From NCBI GenBank assembly GCA_963699545.1, contig CAVOUE010000005.1, positions 384,001-448,000 of the forward strand: a stretch of 64,000 bases of DNA. Reading direction: 5' to 3'. Every line of letters begins with the position of its first letter. Within the stretch, counting starts at the first letter, position 1. The notes under the pieces are model-generated. The model had not been told where the DNA came from. It was given only the letters and a program-made list of their open reading frames with translations, and searched no databases. This stretch comes from Nitrospirota bacterium. GTDB lineage: Bacteria; Nitrospirota; Thermodesulfovibrionia; Thermodesulfovibrionales; UBA9159. Shown here piece after piece: positions 10,985 to 20,402 of this stretch. The translations under genes and the position numbers were made by a program.

Positions 10985-11957
10985 TATGAAGAAGCAGCTC
11001 ATGTGGTCAAAACTGAAGGTCGGCGCGGTGATCACCCTCGCTCTCATTACCCTGTTTTTTACCGTGTTCTTTGCGGGGGGGATCGAAGATCTGCTCTCTC
11101 CCAAGATCAACGTGAAGGCCCAGATACAGGATGTGAAAGGATTGCGGCAAGGCTCGCCCGTATGGCTCTCAGGCGTAGAGATAGGCTCGGTGAAAGCGAT
11201 ACAGCTTCACCCCGAATTCGGGACGGTTATCACCCTTTCGGTGAAAAAGAGCGCCATGAAATACGTGAAGAAGGACTCCCACGCCAGTGTGCTTACCATG
11301 GGTCTCCTCGGAGACAAGTACGTTGAATTGAGCGCCGGGACCGCAAAAGCAGGTGTTATTCAGCCCGATGATATGATCGCTGGGGCGGCCCAGCTCGAGC
11401 TGAAGGACGTGATGGAAATCGGCACGGTTTCCATACAGAGGATGTCCGATTTCATCAGGAAGCTTGACAACCTCCTCACAAAGATTGAAAAGGGTGAAGG
11501 GACGGTCACCAGGTTCCTTACCGATCCGACCCTCTACGATAATCTCAGGGATGCCACGAAGTCATTGTCCCTGACCCTTAAGGACATCAGGGATGCGAGG
11601 GGCACCATGAAACTGCTCATGGAAGACCCCGCACTCTATAACAATCTCCTTGCCGCTTCCTCTTCCCTGGAAGGATTGAGCAGAAAGATGAACGAGAGCT
11701 CGGGCACACTGAGGAGGATGATCGAGGACCCCGCACTTTATAACAGGCTGCTGGCCGCCACTGTGTCTTTGGAGGAGTTCAGTACGAAGTTCAACTCTGT
11801 GCTGGAAAAAATCGATAAGGGCGACGGCGTTGCGGGAACTCTTGTGAACGATAAAGAGATGGCCGGAGAGCTGAAGGACACGGTGGCGGAACTGAGACAG
11901 CTCCTGAAGGATATCAAGACTGACCCGAAGAAATACTTCAAGTTCAGCGTCTTCTGA
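10977..11957 (+). CDS. mlaD: MlaD/MCE-domain protein
   Basis: N-terminal TM, GLRQGSPVWLSGVEIGSV, MGLLGDKYVEL, helical repeats; GAGGAGG RBS. Confidence 0.9.
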   Translation: MFDMKKQLMWSKLKVGAVITLALITLFFTVFFAGGIEDLLSPKINVKAQIQDVKGLRQGSPVWLSGVEIGSVKAIQLHPEFGTVITLSVKKSAMKYVKKDSHASVLTMGLLGDKYVELSAGTAKAGVIQPDDMIAGAAQLELKDVMEIGTVSIQRMSDFIRKLDNLLTKIEKGEGTVTRFLTDPTLYDNLRDATKSLSLTLKDIRDARGTMKLLMEDPALYNNLLAASSSLEGLSRKMNESSGTLRRMIEDPALYNRLLAATVSLEEFSTKFNSVLEKIDKGDGVAGTLVNDKEMAGELKDTVAELRQLLKDIKTDPKKYFKFSVF

Positions 11958-12019
11958 GGCAGAAAGATCGTGCAGAAGATAGAATACGTTCTTGTGTTTG
12001 CGTAATTTTGTATCCCGTC

Positions 12020-12910
12020 ATGGACAAACAAAAGAGCAACTGGATACCGGGTAGACCCTTTAGCTTCCTGTTGAAGGTATTGAGTGACTTCAAACGGAAT
12101 CAGGGTCTGTTGCTCTCCGGCGCCATTGCCTACTACACCCTGTTGTCAATTGTGCCCATGTCAATCCTTGCCCTTATCGTGCTGTCCCATTTCATAGAGG
12201 AGACACAGTTATTTCACACCTTATCAACGTATCTGGAAATGATGATACCCGGCTATGCAGCAACGTTGACTGAACAGGTACGGGTATTCCTTGAGCACCG
12301 CAAGGTGATCGGCGGTATCGGGTTCATGGTCATGCTATTTTTTAGTTCCATAGCCTTTACCGTGCTTGAGAACGCCATGTCGGTGATCTTTTTTCACCGT
12401 GTCAGAATTCAGCGCCGCCACTTCTTGATCTCCGCCATTATTCCTTACATGTATATCTTCCTGATGGGTCTGGGTATTGTACTCGTGTCGTTTATCTCGG
12501 GAGCAATAGAGACGTTTGAAGGCAGACAATTAATGATTTTTGGCTGGGGTGTAAGACTTCAAGGGGCCTCCGGAGTTGCGCTGTATATACTGGGAATAAT
12601 CGGTGAGGTGCTGCTGCTCACTTCTCTCTATCTGGTCATGCCCGTGGCGCGTATCACATTTCGCCATGCACTGATCGGAGGAGTAACCGCAACGGTTTTA
12701 TGGGAGATCACCCGTCGCGTGCTGGTCTGGTATTACTCGGTCTTGTCTATGGTGAATCTGATCTATGGTTCTTTCGCTACGGCGGTGGTGGCCCTTCTCA
12801 GCATAGAGGCCATCGCATTGATCCTTCTGTTAGGCGCTCAGGTCGTCGCGGAGCTTGAGCGGACGGCCGGCGAACTGGCCAGGAAAAAGCCGTCGGGTTT
12901 TGAGACATGA
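12020..12910 (+). CDS. YihY/virulence factor BrkB family membrane protein
   Basis: AIAYYTLLSIVP, IYGSFAT, LLGAQV motifs. Confidence 0.88.
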   Translation: MDKQKSNWIPGRPFSFLLKVLSDFKRNQGLLLSGAIAYYTLLSIVPMSILALIVLSHFIEETQLFHTLSTYLEMMIPGYAATLTEQVRVFLEHRKVIGGIGFMVMLFFSSIAFTVLENAMSVIFFHRVRIQRRHFLISAIIPYMYIFLMGLGIVLVSFISGAIETFEGRQLMIFGWGVRLQGASGVALYILGIIGEVLLLTSLYLVMPVARITFRHALIGGVTATVLWEITRRVLVWYYSVLSMVNLIYGSFATAVVALLSIEAIALILLLGAQVVAELERTAGELARKKPSGFET

Positions 12911-12966
12911 TGCTCATTGTAACAGGGAGTAGACCTCGCGAACACGGACGGGAAGCGGAAAGAACC

Positions 12967-13617
12967 TCACACCAGCTTCTTCACCAGGATCTCTCTCGCG
13001 ATGTCAGGGTCAAGGGCGATGGTGGTCTCGTCGATCTGGATCACGCAGGACGGCATCTTCTGGAGAAGTTTAATGGTGCTGCCCGGGGCTATTCCCACTG
13101 AACCAAGTCTCGCGAGCCTTGCTGCCTCGGACGGGATGATAAAGACGATCCTCCCCTTTGAACCTACCTCAAACTCCGACAACCGCGTGACCACCGGCGA
13201 CACTTCAAGCTTATATTTCTTGCAGCATTCTCCCTTGGGGATGGGCTTTCCGTGAGGACAGGTGGGGGGATGACCCAGGAACGTGCACACGCTGTCGGTC
13301 AACTCCTCGCTCAGGATGTGTTCCATCCTGCACGCGTCCGCTTCCACCACTTCATCTTTCATCTCGAACACGTCCATGAAGAGCCTCTCCGCCAGACGGT
13401 GGCGGCGTATCAGTCCCCTTCCAAGAAAACGCCCCTTGTCCGAAAGATGGATTATTCTCCCTTCAGTCGTCACGAGAAGGTCTTCTCTTAATGCTCCCAG
13501 AAGTTCGTCAACATCGGGGTCATCTGAACTTAATCTGAACCGTTCCAGTTCGTAATGTCCCTCTTCATCGAGAAGCCAGAGGACCTCGAGTGCCTCGTCT
13601 ATGCGTTCTCTATCCAT
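12967..13617 (-). CDS. DtxR/MntR-family metal-dependent repressor with C-terminal FeoA domain
   Basis: RRHRLAERLF, ACRMEHILS, LGHPPTCPHGKPIP, FeoA-like tail. Confidence 0.92.
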   Translation of the reverse strand: MDRERIDEALEVLWLLDEEGHYELERFRLSSDDPDVDELLGALREDLLVTTEGRIIHLSDKGRFLGRGLIRRHRLAERLFMDVFEMKDEVVEADACRMEHILSEELTDSVCTFLGHPPTCPHGKPIPKGECCKKYKLEVSPVVTRLSEFEVGSKGRIVFIIPSEAARLARLGSVGIAPGSTIKLLQKMPSCVIQIDETTIALDPDIAREILVKKLV

Positions 13618-14237
13618 TGTCTTCTCCGAAGGGAAGCTCCGGGGACAGGACCCTTTCGAAACTCTTCCGGTGGATCGGGCAAGGGCCATGGAGAACGGAT
13701 ATTCTCCACATGCTCCCGGGTGGAATATCCCTTGTGTTTCCAGAATCCGTATACGGGATACATCCCGTCATACTGCCGCATAATTCCATCCCTTATGACC
13801 TTCGCGATAATGGATGCCGCTGCGATGGAAGCGCTTTTTGACTCTCCCTTGATAAGGGGGACCTGTTTGACATCCAGGGAAGATAACTGAAGTGCGTCTA
13901 TGAGCAGAAGGTCCGCCCCGTCGGAGAGGTCCTCCACCGCCCTCTGCATAGCGAGTTTGGTCGCATTCAAGATATTGATCCTGTCTATGGTCTCCGCGTC
14001 CACGATCCCAACACCAACATCGACACAACAGCAGAGAACGTCCATAAAGAGGGATTCCCTTTCTTTCTCCGGAACCTTCTTCGAATCCCTTAGCCCCTTT
14101 ATCCTCTTTCCGGACGGGAGAACCACCGCTGAAGCCACAACGGGACCCGCCAGGGGGCCCCTTCCCGCTTCGTCCAGACCTGCGATACGGTGATACCCCT
14201 CTTTCCTGAAGGACTCATCGTAGCGGTAGATGCTCAT
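13610..14237 (-). CDS. rnhB: Ribonuclease HII; apparent frameshift near 13695
   Basis: GLDEAGRGPLAGPV, DSKK, SIAAASIIAKV, HKGY. The conserved HGPCPIHRKSF tail is in the neighbouring frame, ending TAG at 13610. Confidence 0.93.
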
Positions 14238-14606
14238 CTACTCTTCTTTTGTCTGCTCCACGCTGGTCCTTTCCTTCTCCCTTATCTTGGCCGCCTTACC
14301 TTTCTTCTCCCTGAGATAGTAAAGCTTCGCCCGCCTTACCGCACCCTTCCTCATCACATCGATCCGCTCTACGGAGGGCGAATGGAGGGGGAATATCCTC
14401 TCGACGCCGATGCCGAAGGAGACCTTTCTCACCATGAAGGTCTCCCTGATGCTGGTGCCCCTCCTCGCGATCACGACGCCCTCAAAGGGCTGAATCCTTT
14501 CTTTATCCCCTTCCACAACCTTCACGAACACCTTCACCGTGTCACCCACATTGAAGGAAGGGACCTTCTTCTTGTATCCCTCTTCTACTGCATTAATCAG
14601 ATTCAT
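14238..14606 (-). CDS. rplS: 50S ribosomal protein L19
   Basis: GDTVKV...[33 protein letters not shown]. Confidence 0.99.
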   Translation of the reverse strand: MNLINAVEEGYKKKVPSFNVGDTVKVFVKVVEGDKERIQPFEGVVIARRGTSIRETFMVRKVSFGIGVERIFPLHSPSVERIDVMRKGAVRRAKLYYLREKKGKAAKIREKERTSVEQTKEE

Positions 14607-15342
14607 TGCATTGCTCCTCCTTTATCTCAAAAAGTAATGTACGGTCTTCGTCAGTGAGAGAAACCTTTTCCAGTAGATCCGGTCTTCTCTTCAGCGTTCT
14701 CCTCAGCGCTTCCTTCCTCCTCCATCGCGCTACCTCGCCGTGGTTCCCGGAAAGCAGCACATCGGGCACTTCATATCCTTCGTACTCCGGTGGCCTGGTG
14801 TAATGCGGATAATCCAGGATCCCCCACGAAAAAGACTCTTCCACAATAGAATGTTCATCCCCAAGTGCCTCAGGGATGAGCCGCACGATGGAATCTATTA
14901 TAACCAAAGCGGGCAATTCTCCGCCAGTCAAAACGTAATCGCCGATGGATATCTCCCTGTCCACAAGACCGTCCCTCACGCGCTCATCAACGGCCTCGTA
15001 CCTCCCGCAAATGAACAGGAGCCTTCTTTTTTCCCTGGATAGGGCAAGGGCCATCCCCTGACTGAACCGTTCCCCCTGCGGGGTCATCATGATGGTGCAT
15101 GTATCAAGACCGTCTGCCTTTACGGACTTCACCGCTTTGAAAAAAGGTTCCGGCTTCAGCACCATGCCGGGTCCCCCGCCGTAGGGATAATCATCAACCG
15201 TCCTGTGACGGTCCATCGTGTAGTCCCTGAGATTGTGAACCTTGACATCGATGATACCTCTTTGAACGGCCCGTTCGAATATCTTCAAAGAAAGATATGA
15301 TTCGAAGATCCCGGGGAATATGGTTATGATCTCACAGCGCAT
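14593..15342 (-). CDS. trmD: tRNA (guanine-N1)-methyltransferase
   Basis: [33 protein letters not shown]. Confidence 0.98.
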   Translation of the reverse strand: MRCEIITIFPGIFESYLSLKIFERAVQRGIIDVKVHNLRDYTMDRHRTVDDYPYGGGPGMVLKPEPFFKAVKSVKADGLDTCTIMMTPQGERFSQGMALALSREKRRLLFICGRYEAVDERVRDGLVDREISIGDYVLTGGELPALVIIDSIVRLIPEALGDEHSIVEESFSWGILDYPHYTRPPEYEGYEVPDVLLSGNHGEVARWRRKEALRRTLKRRPDLLEKVSLTDEDRTLLFEIKEEQCNESD

Positions 15343-15523
15343 CCCTCTCCTCGCCTTTTGAGATTCCTCATTATACACCACTTTTCAGCCCCCCGGAGAT
15401 GCTTCGCCAAAAGAAGCGACTGCTGTAGGACAATGAGACCGGGAGGCCGGGAGTACTGACCGAAAGCAGAACAGCGAAGGGCATGGTGAACTTTATGAAA
15501 GGGGGCGTGAAAGGGTCGTCAGC

Positions 15524-15565
15524 TCATGGTGGAGTTCAGGACCGCAGTCCTGAACTCCACCATGA
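15524..15565. repeat. Perfect 19-bp inverted repeat downstream of khpA
   Basis: TCATGGTGGAGTTCAGGAC-cgca-GTCCTGAACTCCACCATGA. Confidence 0.9.
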
Positions 15566-15568
15566 CGT

Positions 15569-15799
15569 TTATTCAAGGATTTCAAGAACGCAGCGTTTTC
15601 CGATCTTTGTGCCTGCAGCGCCGAGTATGGTTCTCATGGCGCGGGCGGTCTTTCCCTGCTTTCCTATCACTTTACCGAGGTCGCTGGTCGCTACCCTCAA
15701 CTCAAACACCGTGGTCCTCTCGCCTTCCACCTCTTTCACGCTCACCTCGTCAGGACTGTCAACCAGAGCTCTCGCCATCGATTCCACTAACGCTTTCAT
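15569..15799 (-). CDS. khpA: KH-domain RNA-binding protein KhpA
   Basis: [20 protein letters not shown], directly after rpsP. Confidence 0.95.
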   Translation of the reverse strand: MKALVESMARALVDSPDEVSVKEVEGERTTVFELRVATSDLGKVIGKQGKTARAMRTILGAAGTKIGKRCVLEILE

Positions 15800-15830
15800 C
15801 TCATCCACCTCCATAGGAATTAAGAACCGC

Positions 15831-16067
15831 CTACAGGCCGGCCTTCTGCAAAAGCTTCTTCGCGATTACGGTAGGCTGTGCTCCCTGCTTCAACCAGTGC
15901 CTCGCCCTCTCCACATCGATCTTTGTCTCAGCCGGACCCTTCTGTGGATCGTACGTCCCGAGAATCTCTATAAAAGGCCCGTCCCTTCTCGCCCTGGAGT
16001 CAGATACCACCATGCGATAGAAAGGCCTCTTGTGGGCTCCTAACCTTGTCAGTCTGATCTTAACCAA
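15831..16067 (-). CDS. rpsP: 30S ribosomal protein S16
   Basis: [17 protein letters not shown]...RDG...GTYDP; TTG start with GGAGGTG RBS. Confidence 0.98.
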   Translation of the reverse strand: MVKIRLTRLGAHKRPFYRMVVSDSRARRDGPFIEILGTYDPQKGPAETKIDVERARHWLKQGAQPTVIAKKLLQKAGL

Positions 16068-16131
16068 AAACTCACCTCCTCAACTGTTTTCTGCCCTAGC
16101 ATTCTAATATATTTCCACCGTAAAGTAAAGA

Positions 16132-17451
16132 CTAAAATGGCGGCATCTTCGGCATGCGCATGCCCTTTTTCCCCTTGAACATCTTCATCATCTTCTTCAT
16201 CTCCACATACTGCTTGATCACCCGGTTGACATCGGTGACGGTCGTACCGCTCCCGGCAGCGATCCTCCTCCGCCTGCTGCCGTTCAGGAGATTGTGGTTC
16301 CTCCGTTCTGCAGCGGTCATCGAGCTAATAATTGCCTCCACCTTCACAAATTCCCTCTCGTCCACCGACACGTTCTTGACCTTGTTGAAACCGGGGATCA
16401 TGCCCAGAAGGTTTTCGATGGGACCCATGCTCCGTATCTTTTTGAGCTGTTCCCTCAGGTCTTCAAAGGTAAAGGACTCCCCGAGTATCTTCTCCTGAAG
16501 TTTTTCGGCTTCCTTTCTGTCAAAGGCCTGCTCTGCCTGTTCGATGAAACTCAGCACATCCCCCATCCCGAGGATCCTTGATGCGACCCGGTCAGGGTGA
16601 AAGGCCTCGATCATCTCGATCTTTTCCCCTGTGCCGATGAACTTTATCGGTTTCCCGGTAACGGACCGTATGGAAAGGGCAGCGCCGCCCCGGGCATCAC
16701 CGTCCATCTTGGTAAGGATGATGCCGTCAATGCCGATCTGTTCATTGAAGTTCTTTGCGCTATTCACCGCATCCTGTCCGGTCATGGCATCGGCCACAAA
16801 AAGGGTTTCCCTCGGATTCACCTTCGCCTTTATCTCCGAGAGCTCCTTCATCAGGCCCTCATCGATATGGAGCCTTCCCGCTGTGTCCATGATGAGTACG
16901 TCACGGGCGTCCAGCCTGGCCTTTCTCACTGCCTCATCGCAGAGGGCAACGGGGTCTTTCATCTCTTTGGAATAGAAGACCGGTACTTCAAGCTGTTTCC
17001 CAAGGGTGATCAGCTGATCGATGGCGGCGGGACGCTGAAGGTCAGCAGCTACCATCAAGGGGCGTCTGCCCTCCTTCTTGAAAAGGCGGGCAAGCTTAGC
17101 AGATGTCGTAGTCTTTCCTGAACCGTGAAGGCCCACCATCATGATAACGGTGGGCGGATTAGGTGAAAGGTGTATCTTCGTGCCGGTGCCGCCGAGAAGC
17201 TCGCGGAGCTCGTTATTGACGATCTTGATCACCTGCTGACCGGGAGTGAGGCTCTCAAGGACCTCCTTGCCCACGGCCTTCGTCTTCACACTCTGGACAA
17301 AGTCCTTTACGACCTTGAAATTGACATCAGCCTCCAGAAGGGCGATGCGCACCTCTTTCAGCGCCGCGTCAATGTCCTCTTCCTTGAGAATACCCCTGCT
17401 TCTCAGTCTTTTGAATATGGATTCGAGTTTCTCGCTTAAGGCTTCAAGCAT
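16132..17451 (-). CDS. ffh: Signal recognition particle protein Ffh
   Basis: ALLEADVN, GSGKTT, DTAGR, TKMDGDARGGAALS, M-domain. Confidence 0.99.
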   Translation of the reverse strand: MLEALSEKLESIFKRLRSRGILKEEDIDAALKEVRIALLEADVNFKVVKDFVQSVKTKAVGKEVLESLTPGQQVIKIVNNELRELLGGTGTKIHLSPNPPTVIMMVGLHGSGKTTTSAKLARLFKKEGRRPLMVAADLQRPAAIDQLITLGKQLEVPVFYSKEMKDPVALCDEAVRKARLDARDVLIMDTAGRLHIDEGLMKELSEIKAKVNPRETLFVADAMTGQDAVNSAKNFNEQIGIDGIILTKMDGDARGGAALSIRSVTGKPIKFIGTGEKIEMIEAFHPDRVASRILGMGDVLSFIEQAEQAFDRKEAEKLQEKILGESFTFEDLREQLKKIRSMGPIENLLGMIPGFNKVKNVSVDEREFVKVEAIISSMTAAERRNHNLLNGSRRRRIAAGSGTTVTDVNRVIKQYVEMKKMMKMFKGKKGMRMPKMPPF

Positions 17452-17969
17452 TACAGGAGGTTCTCCACCTCTTTCGAAATGGTTTCGGCAAGGCTGGGGG
17501 AAAAGCCCATATGACGCTTCACCACCCTTCCTTCTTTATCAATGATGAACATCACCGGGATACCGCTCACTCCGTAGGCGACATTCACGCTCCCGCTATC
17601 CACCATCACCGGGTAGACAACGGCATGCTCCTTTACAAAGGCGCTCACCTTGGAAAGGGCATCACCGCCCTTGTCAACAGCAATACCAAGAAGTTGGACA
17701 TTCTTATCATGGAAGTTTTCGGACACCTTGTTCAGTTCGGGGACCGCTTCTCTGCATGGCGGGCACCACGTGGCCCAAAACTCCAGGATTACTACCTTGC
17801 CTCTGAGCTCGGAAAGCCGCACGGCGTTTCCCTGGAGACCGGTGAAGGTAAATTCAGGGGCCTTGCCGCTTTCACCGACAGCCCTTTCCTCCGCCTTCTG
17901 GCATGAAACGGCAAAAAGGCACAGAGCAACGAGGCACGCGAGAACGCAGATGTTTTTCAGATGATCCAT
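17451..17969 (-). CDS. TlpA-family thiol:disulfide oxidoreductase (lipoprotein)
   Basis: Lipobox-like AVSC, FWATWCPPC, YGVSGIP. Confidence 0.9.
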   Translation of the reverse strand: MDHLKNICVLACLVALCLFAVSCQKAEERAVGESGKAPEFTFTGLQGNAVRLSELRGKVVILEFWATWCPPCREAVPELNKVSENFHDKNVQLLGIAVDKGGDALSKVSAFVKEHAVVYPVMVDSGSVNVAYGVSGIPVMFIIDKEGRVVKRHMGFSPSLAETISKEVENLL

Positions 17970-18012
17970 GAGCACGAGTTTCCTTCCCGGATTTCGATAG
18001 AGGAAGACTCTT

Positions 18013-18345
18013 TCAGGAGGCAAGAAGGAAATCGATCTTTGCCTTGAGCTGCGGCTTGGGAACCGCTCCCACAATCTGGTCGACTTTCTGACCGTCTTTA
18101 AAAAACATTACGGTCGGTATCCCCATGATCTTGTAGCGGCTTGCGATGTCCGGATTCTCATCAGTATTAAGCTTCGCCACCCGTATCTTTCCCGTATATT
18201 CCGTTGCAAGCTCCTCAACCGTCGGAGCGATCATCCTGCATGGTCCGCACCATACCGCCCAGAAATCCACCATGACCAAGCCCTGACCCTGAAGAATCTC
18301 TTTATCCCATGTATCGGTCGTCACATTTACAATGCCTTCTGCCAT
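18013..18345 (-). CDS. trxA: Thioredoxin
   Basis: [16 protein letters not shown]. Confidence 0.97.
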   Translation of the reverse strand: MAEGIVNVTTDTWDKEILQGQGLVMVDFWAVWCGPCRMIAPTVEELATEYTGKIRVAKLNTDENPDIASRYKIMGIPTVMFFKDGQKVDQIVGAVPKPQLKAKIDFLLAS

Positions 18346-18567
18346 ATGAACCTCCTGAAATTAATTGGTCTTTAATTATATTTGCTGAACCCCCTCTTTG
18401 TCAACGCAATCCCCGTTCATCAAACGCAGACAGAGGAGAGGACATTCACTCGCCCGAAAGGCACATCCTCAAAGCGACGACAAACGTAATCATCTTTTGT
18501 TCTGTTCGCTCCGTTACAACGCCGTCCGCCTTAGCTGTCAACTGACCGAACCTCTTCAGAACAGGCG

Positions 18568-18972
18568 TCACTCAATATCTGCCGAGTAATCCGACAATGC
18601 GCCGATCGAAACTATCTTCCCTTTGAATCCCTTTCGATTAAATTTTCCATAGGCCATGGAATTATCATAGAAACGGATATGCTTTTTTTCTCTGTCCAGA
18701 TCAAACTTGCCGCCACCCACAATGACCCACGCAGGTTCAAAGATGTCATAGCGGTTGCCTTCGCTGTTACGGGACCCGTGAAGCCCTTTCTCTCTGCAAA
18801 AACGCTCTACGATATCGGCATGGAAGGAGGCAACTTCCCTGGGAGCGAGAACAAGGTATTCCGTGGTTCTGTGCCTTATCTGCACGAACTTGCCCGAAAG
18901 GTTGGACGACAGAGGCACCCCGGCTTCACGGTAATGGGAGGATTCCGAGTAATCAATAAGAATAACGTCCAT
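18568..18972 (-). CDS. PHPT1/Janus-Ocnus-like putative phosphohistidine phosphatase
   Basis: Ordered motifs GKFVQIR, FHADIV, GGGKF, KKHIRFYDNSMAYG parallel human PHPT1 FKYVLIR, YHADIY, GGGRI, KKIHVYGYSMAYG (recalled from memory). Confidence 0.7.
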   Translation of the reverse strand: MDVILIDYSESSHYREAGVPLSSNLSGKFVQIRHRTTEYLVLAPREVASFHADIVERFCREKGLHGSRNSEGNRYDIFEPAWVIVGGGKFDLDREKKHIRFYDNSMAYGKFNRKGFKGKIVSIGALSDYSADIE

Positions 18973-18994
18973 CCTTCCCGCTCTACCGCATCGC

Positions 18995-19684
18995 TTACTT
19001 ATTTCCTCCTCTGCCCTGCAACTTCTCAAGTGCCATTTCTGCCTGACCCTTTACGATGGAATCCTTCTCATTCTCAACAATGCGCCGGATATGGGGAATC
19101 GCCTGAGGGTTTCCGATCTCTCCCAGTGCCTTGATGGCGCTCAGCCGGATGCTGACATGCTCGTCATTTAATACACCGATAAGGTGAGGGACCGCCTCTT
19201 GACTGCCGATCTTTCCCAGGGATGATATCGATGCCTCCCTCGTAAGAAGCTCCCGGTCAGTAATACCGCTGATCAGTGCATCCACCACGCGTGAATCCCC
19301 CTTGAAGCTGCCAAGCGCCAGAGCAGTGTATGACTTTATGGCAGGACACTCCCAGTTAAGGGTGGCGTCATTGAAGATCGGCAGCAGGACTTCAATTGCC
19401 CTCGGATCGCCTGTCTCTCCCAGCAATTGGATTGCCGTCACCTTGACCACCGTGCGCTCCTCTCTGGTGTTCACAACCTCCATCAGCAGCGTTACCGTTT
19501 TTTCATCCCTCGCATTGCGGAGCTTTTCCACGGTCGCGAGACGGACCTGCCAGTCCATATTATTCAGGCTTTCCCTGACCGAGCTCATGTCTTCAACGGC
19601 ATACGACGTCCCCGGGACGATCATCACCGCGGCAAACAAGATATAAACAAACGTTTTCCCAAACAACTTTCTGTAAAGCGTCAT
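18995..19684 (-). CDS. Exported HEAT-repeat (PBS lyase-like) protein
   Basis: N-terminal signal peptide, then repeats such as AIQLLGETGDPRAIEVL, SISSLGKIGSQEAVPHL, AIKALGEIGNPQAIPHI. Confidence 0.85.
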   Translation of the reverse strand: MTLYRKLFGKTFVYILFAAVMIVPGTSYAVEDMSSVRESLNNMDWQVRLATVEKLRNARDEKTVTLLMEVVNTREERTVVKVTAIQLLGETGDPRAIEVLLPIFNDATLNWECPAIKSYTALALGSFKGDSRVVDALISGITDRELLTREASISSLGKIGSQEAVPHLIGVLNDEHVSIRLSAIKALGEIGNPQAIPHIRRIVENEKDSIVKGQAEMALEKLQGRGGNK

Positions 19685-19896
19685 CTTTCTTTCCTCCTTT
19701 TCCGGTATACGGTCTGTCTAAAATAAGTATACCTTATGCAGCCACAGAAAATGTGCAGCGGGCATATGGTAAAAACCGAATCACGTCGGCTCACCCGCAT
19801 GGAGAAAAGCCTTCACAGGGCAAAAGACTCGTGCCGCTTCATGCGAACAGAAAGACATGAACGCGCGACGGGACACACGCTCTGCACTCACCTCGT

Positions 19897-20136
19897 TTAT
19901 GATTCGTTAAAGAGATAGTTCAGGCCATTCTCAGTGAGTTCTAACCCTTTTGAGGGAGTTATGATCACGTAGCCTTCGTTGCGTAATTCATTCAATGCAC
20001 CATCCATTCCTGCAAAATCGGATGGTTCCCAATTGCTGGAACTGAGCGATAACTCCGACGAAGTCAACACCATGCCCGCCTTCACCTTCTCATGCTTTCT
20101 GAACAGTTCCATAATTTTCACGGCCGTTTTGCTCAT
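19897..20136 (-). CDS. Small hypothetical protein (winged-helix-like)
   Basis: 79-aa ORF with AAGGAG RBS; ALNELRNEGYV...LELTENG resembles a wHTH wing. Confidence 0.6.
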   Translation of the reverse strand: MSKTAVKIMELFRKHEKVKAGMVLTSSELSLSSSNWEPSDFAGMDGALNELRNEGYVIITPSKGLELTENGLNYLFNES

Positions 20137-20312
20137 GTGCTCTCCTTATGACATCTATGGGTTCGCTGATATGCTGACTGCCCCTCACCCGTCCTCCATA
20201 AAATGCTATGACGTTTCACGGCTTATGTCAATGGGAGCGACAGAGCGGGAATGCCTTTCTCCGCTTGTATTGACAAGGAGGGATGACCACATGTTATTTT
20301 ATAGGCGCAAAA

Positions 20313-20387
20313 AGGCTCGTAGCTCAGGGGGAGAGCGCTTCCTTGACACGGAAGAGGTCGGCGGTTCGAAACCGCCCGGGCCTACCA
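20313..20387 (+). tRNA. tRNA-Val (GAC)
   Basis: Acceptor stem AGGCTCG/CGGGCCT, anticodon arm CTTCC-ttGACac-GGAAG, T arm GGCGG-TTCGAAA-CCGCC, encoded CCA. TTGACA lies at 20270-20275 upstream. Confidence 0.97.
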
Positions 20388-20395
20388 TTTAAGAT
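20341..20395 (+). repeat. attL core (3' part of tRNA-Val plus 8 bp)
   Basis: CCTTGACACGGAAGAGGTCGGCGGTTCGAAACCGCCCGGGCCTACCATTTAAGAT, identical to 30843-30897. Confidence 0.97.
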
Positions 20396-20402
20396 CAGGT
20401 AG

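Noticed and set aside
11520-11760. Three recurring DPxLYxxL units in mlaD that look like spaced DNA repeats
   Set aside because: Degenerate coding repeats in the MCE helical region, not a CRISPR array. No CRISPR array or cas gene was seen in the window.
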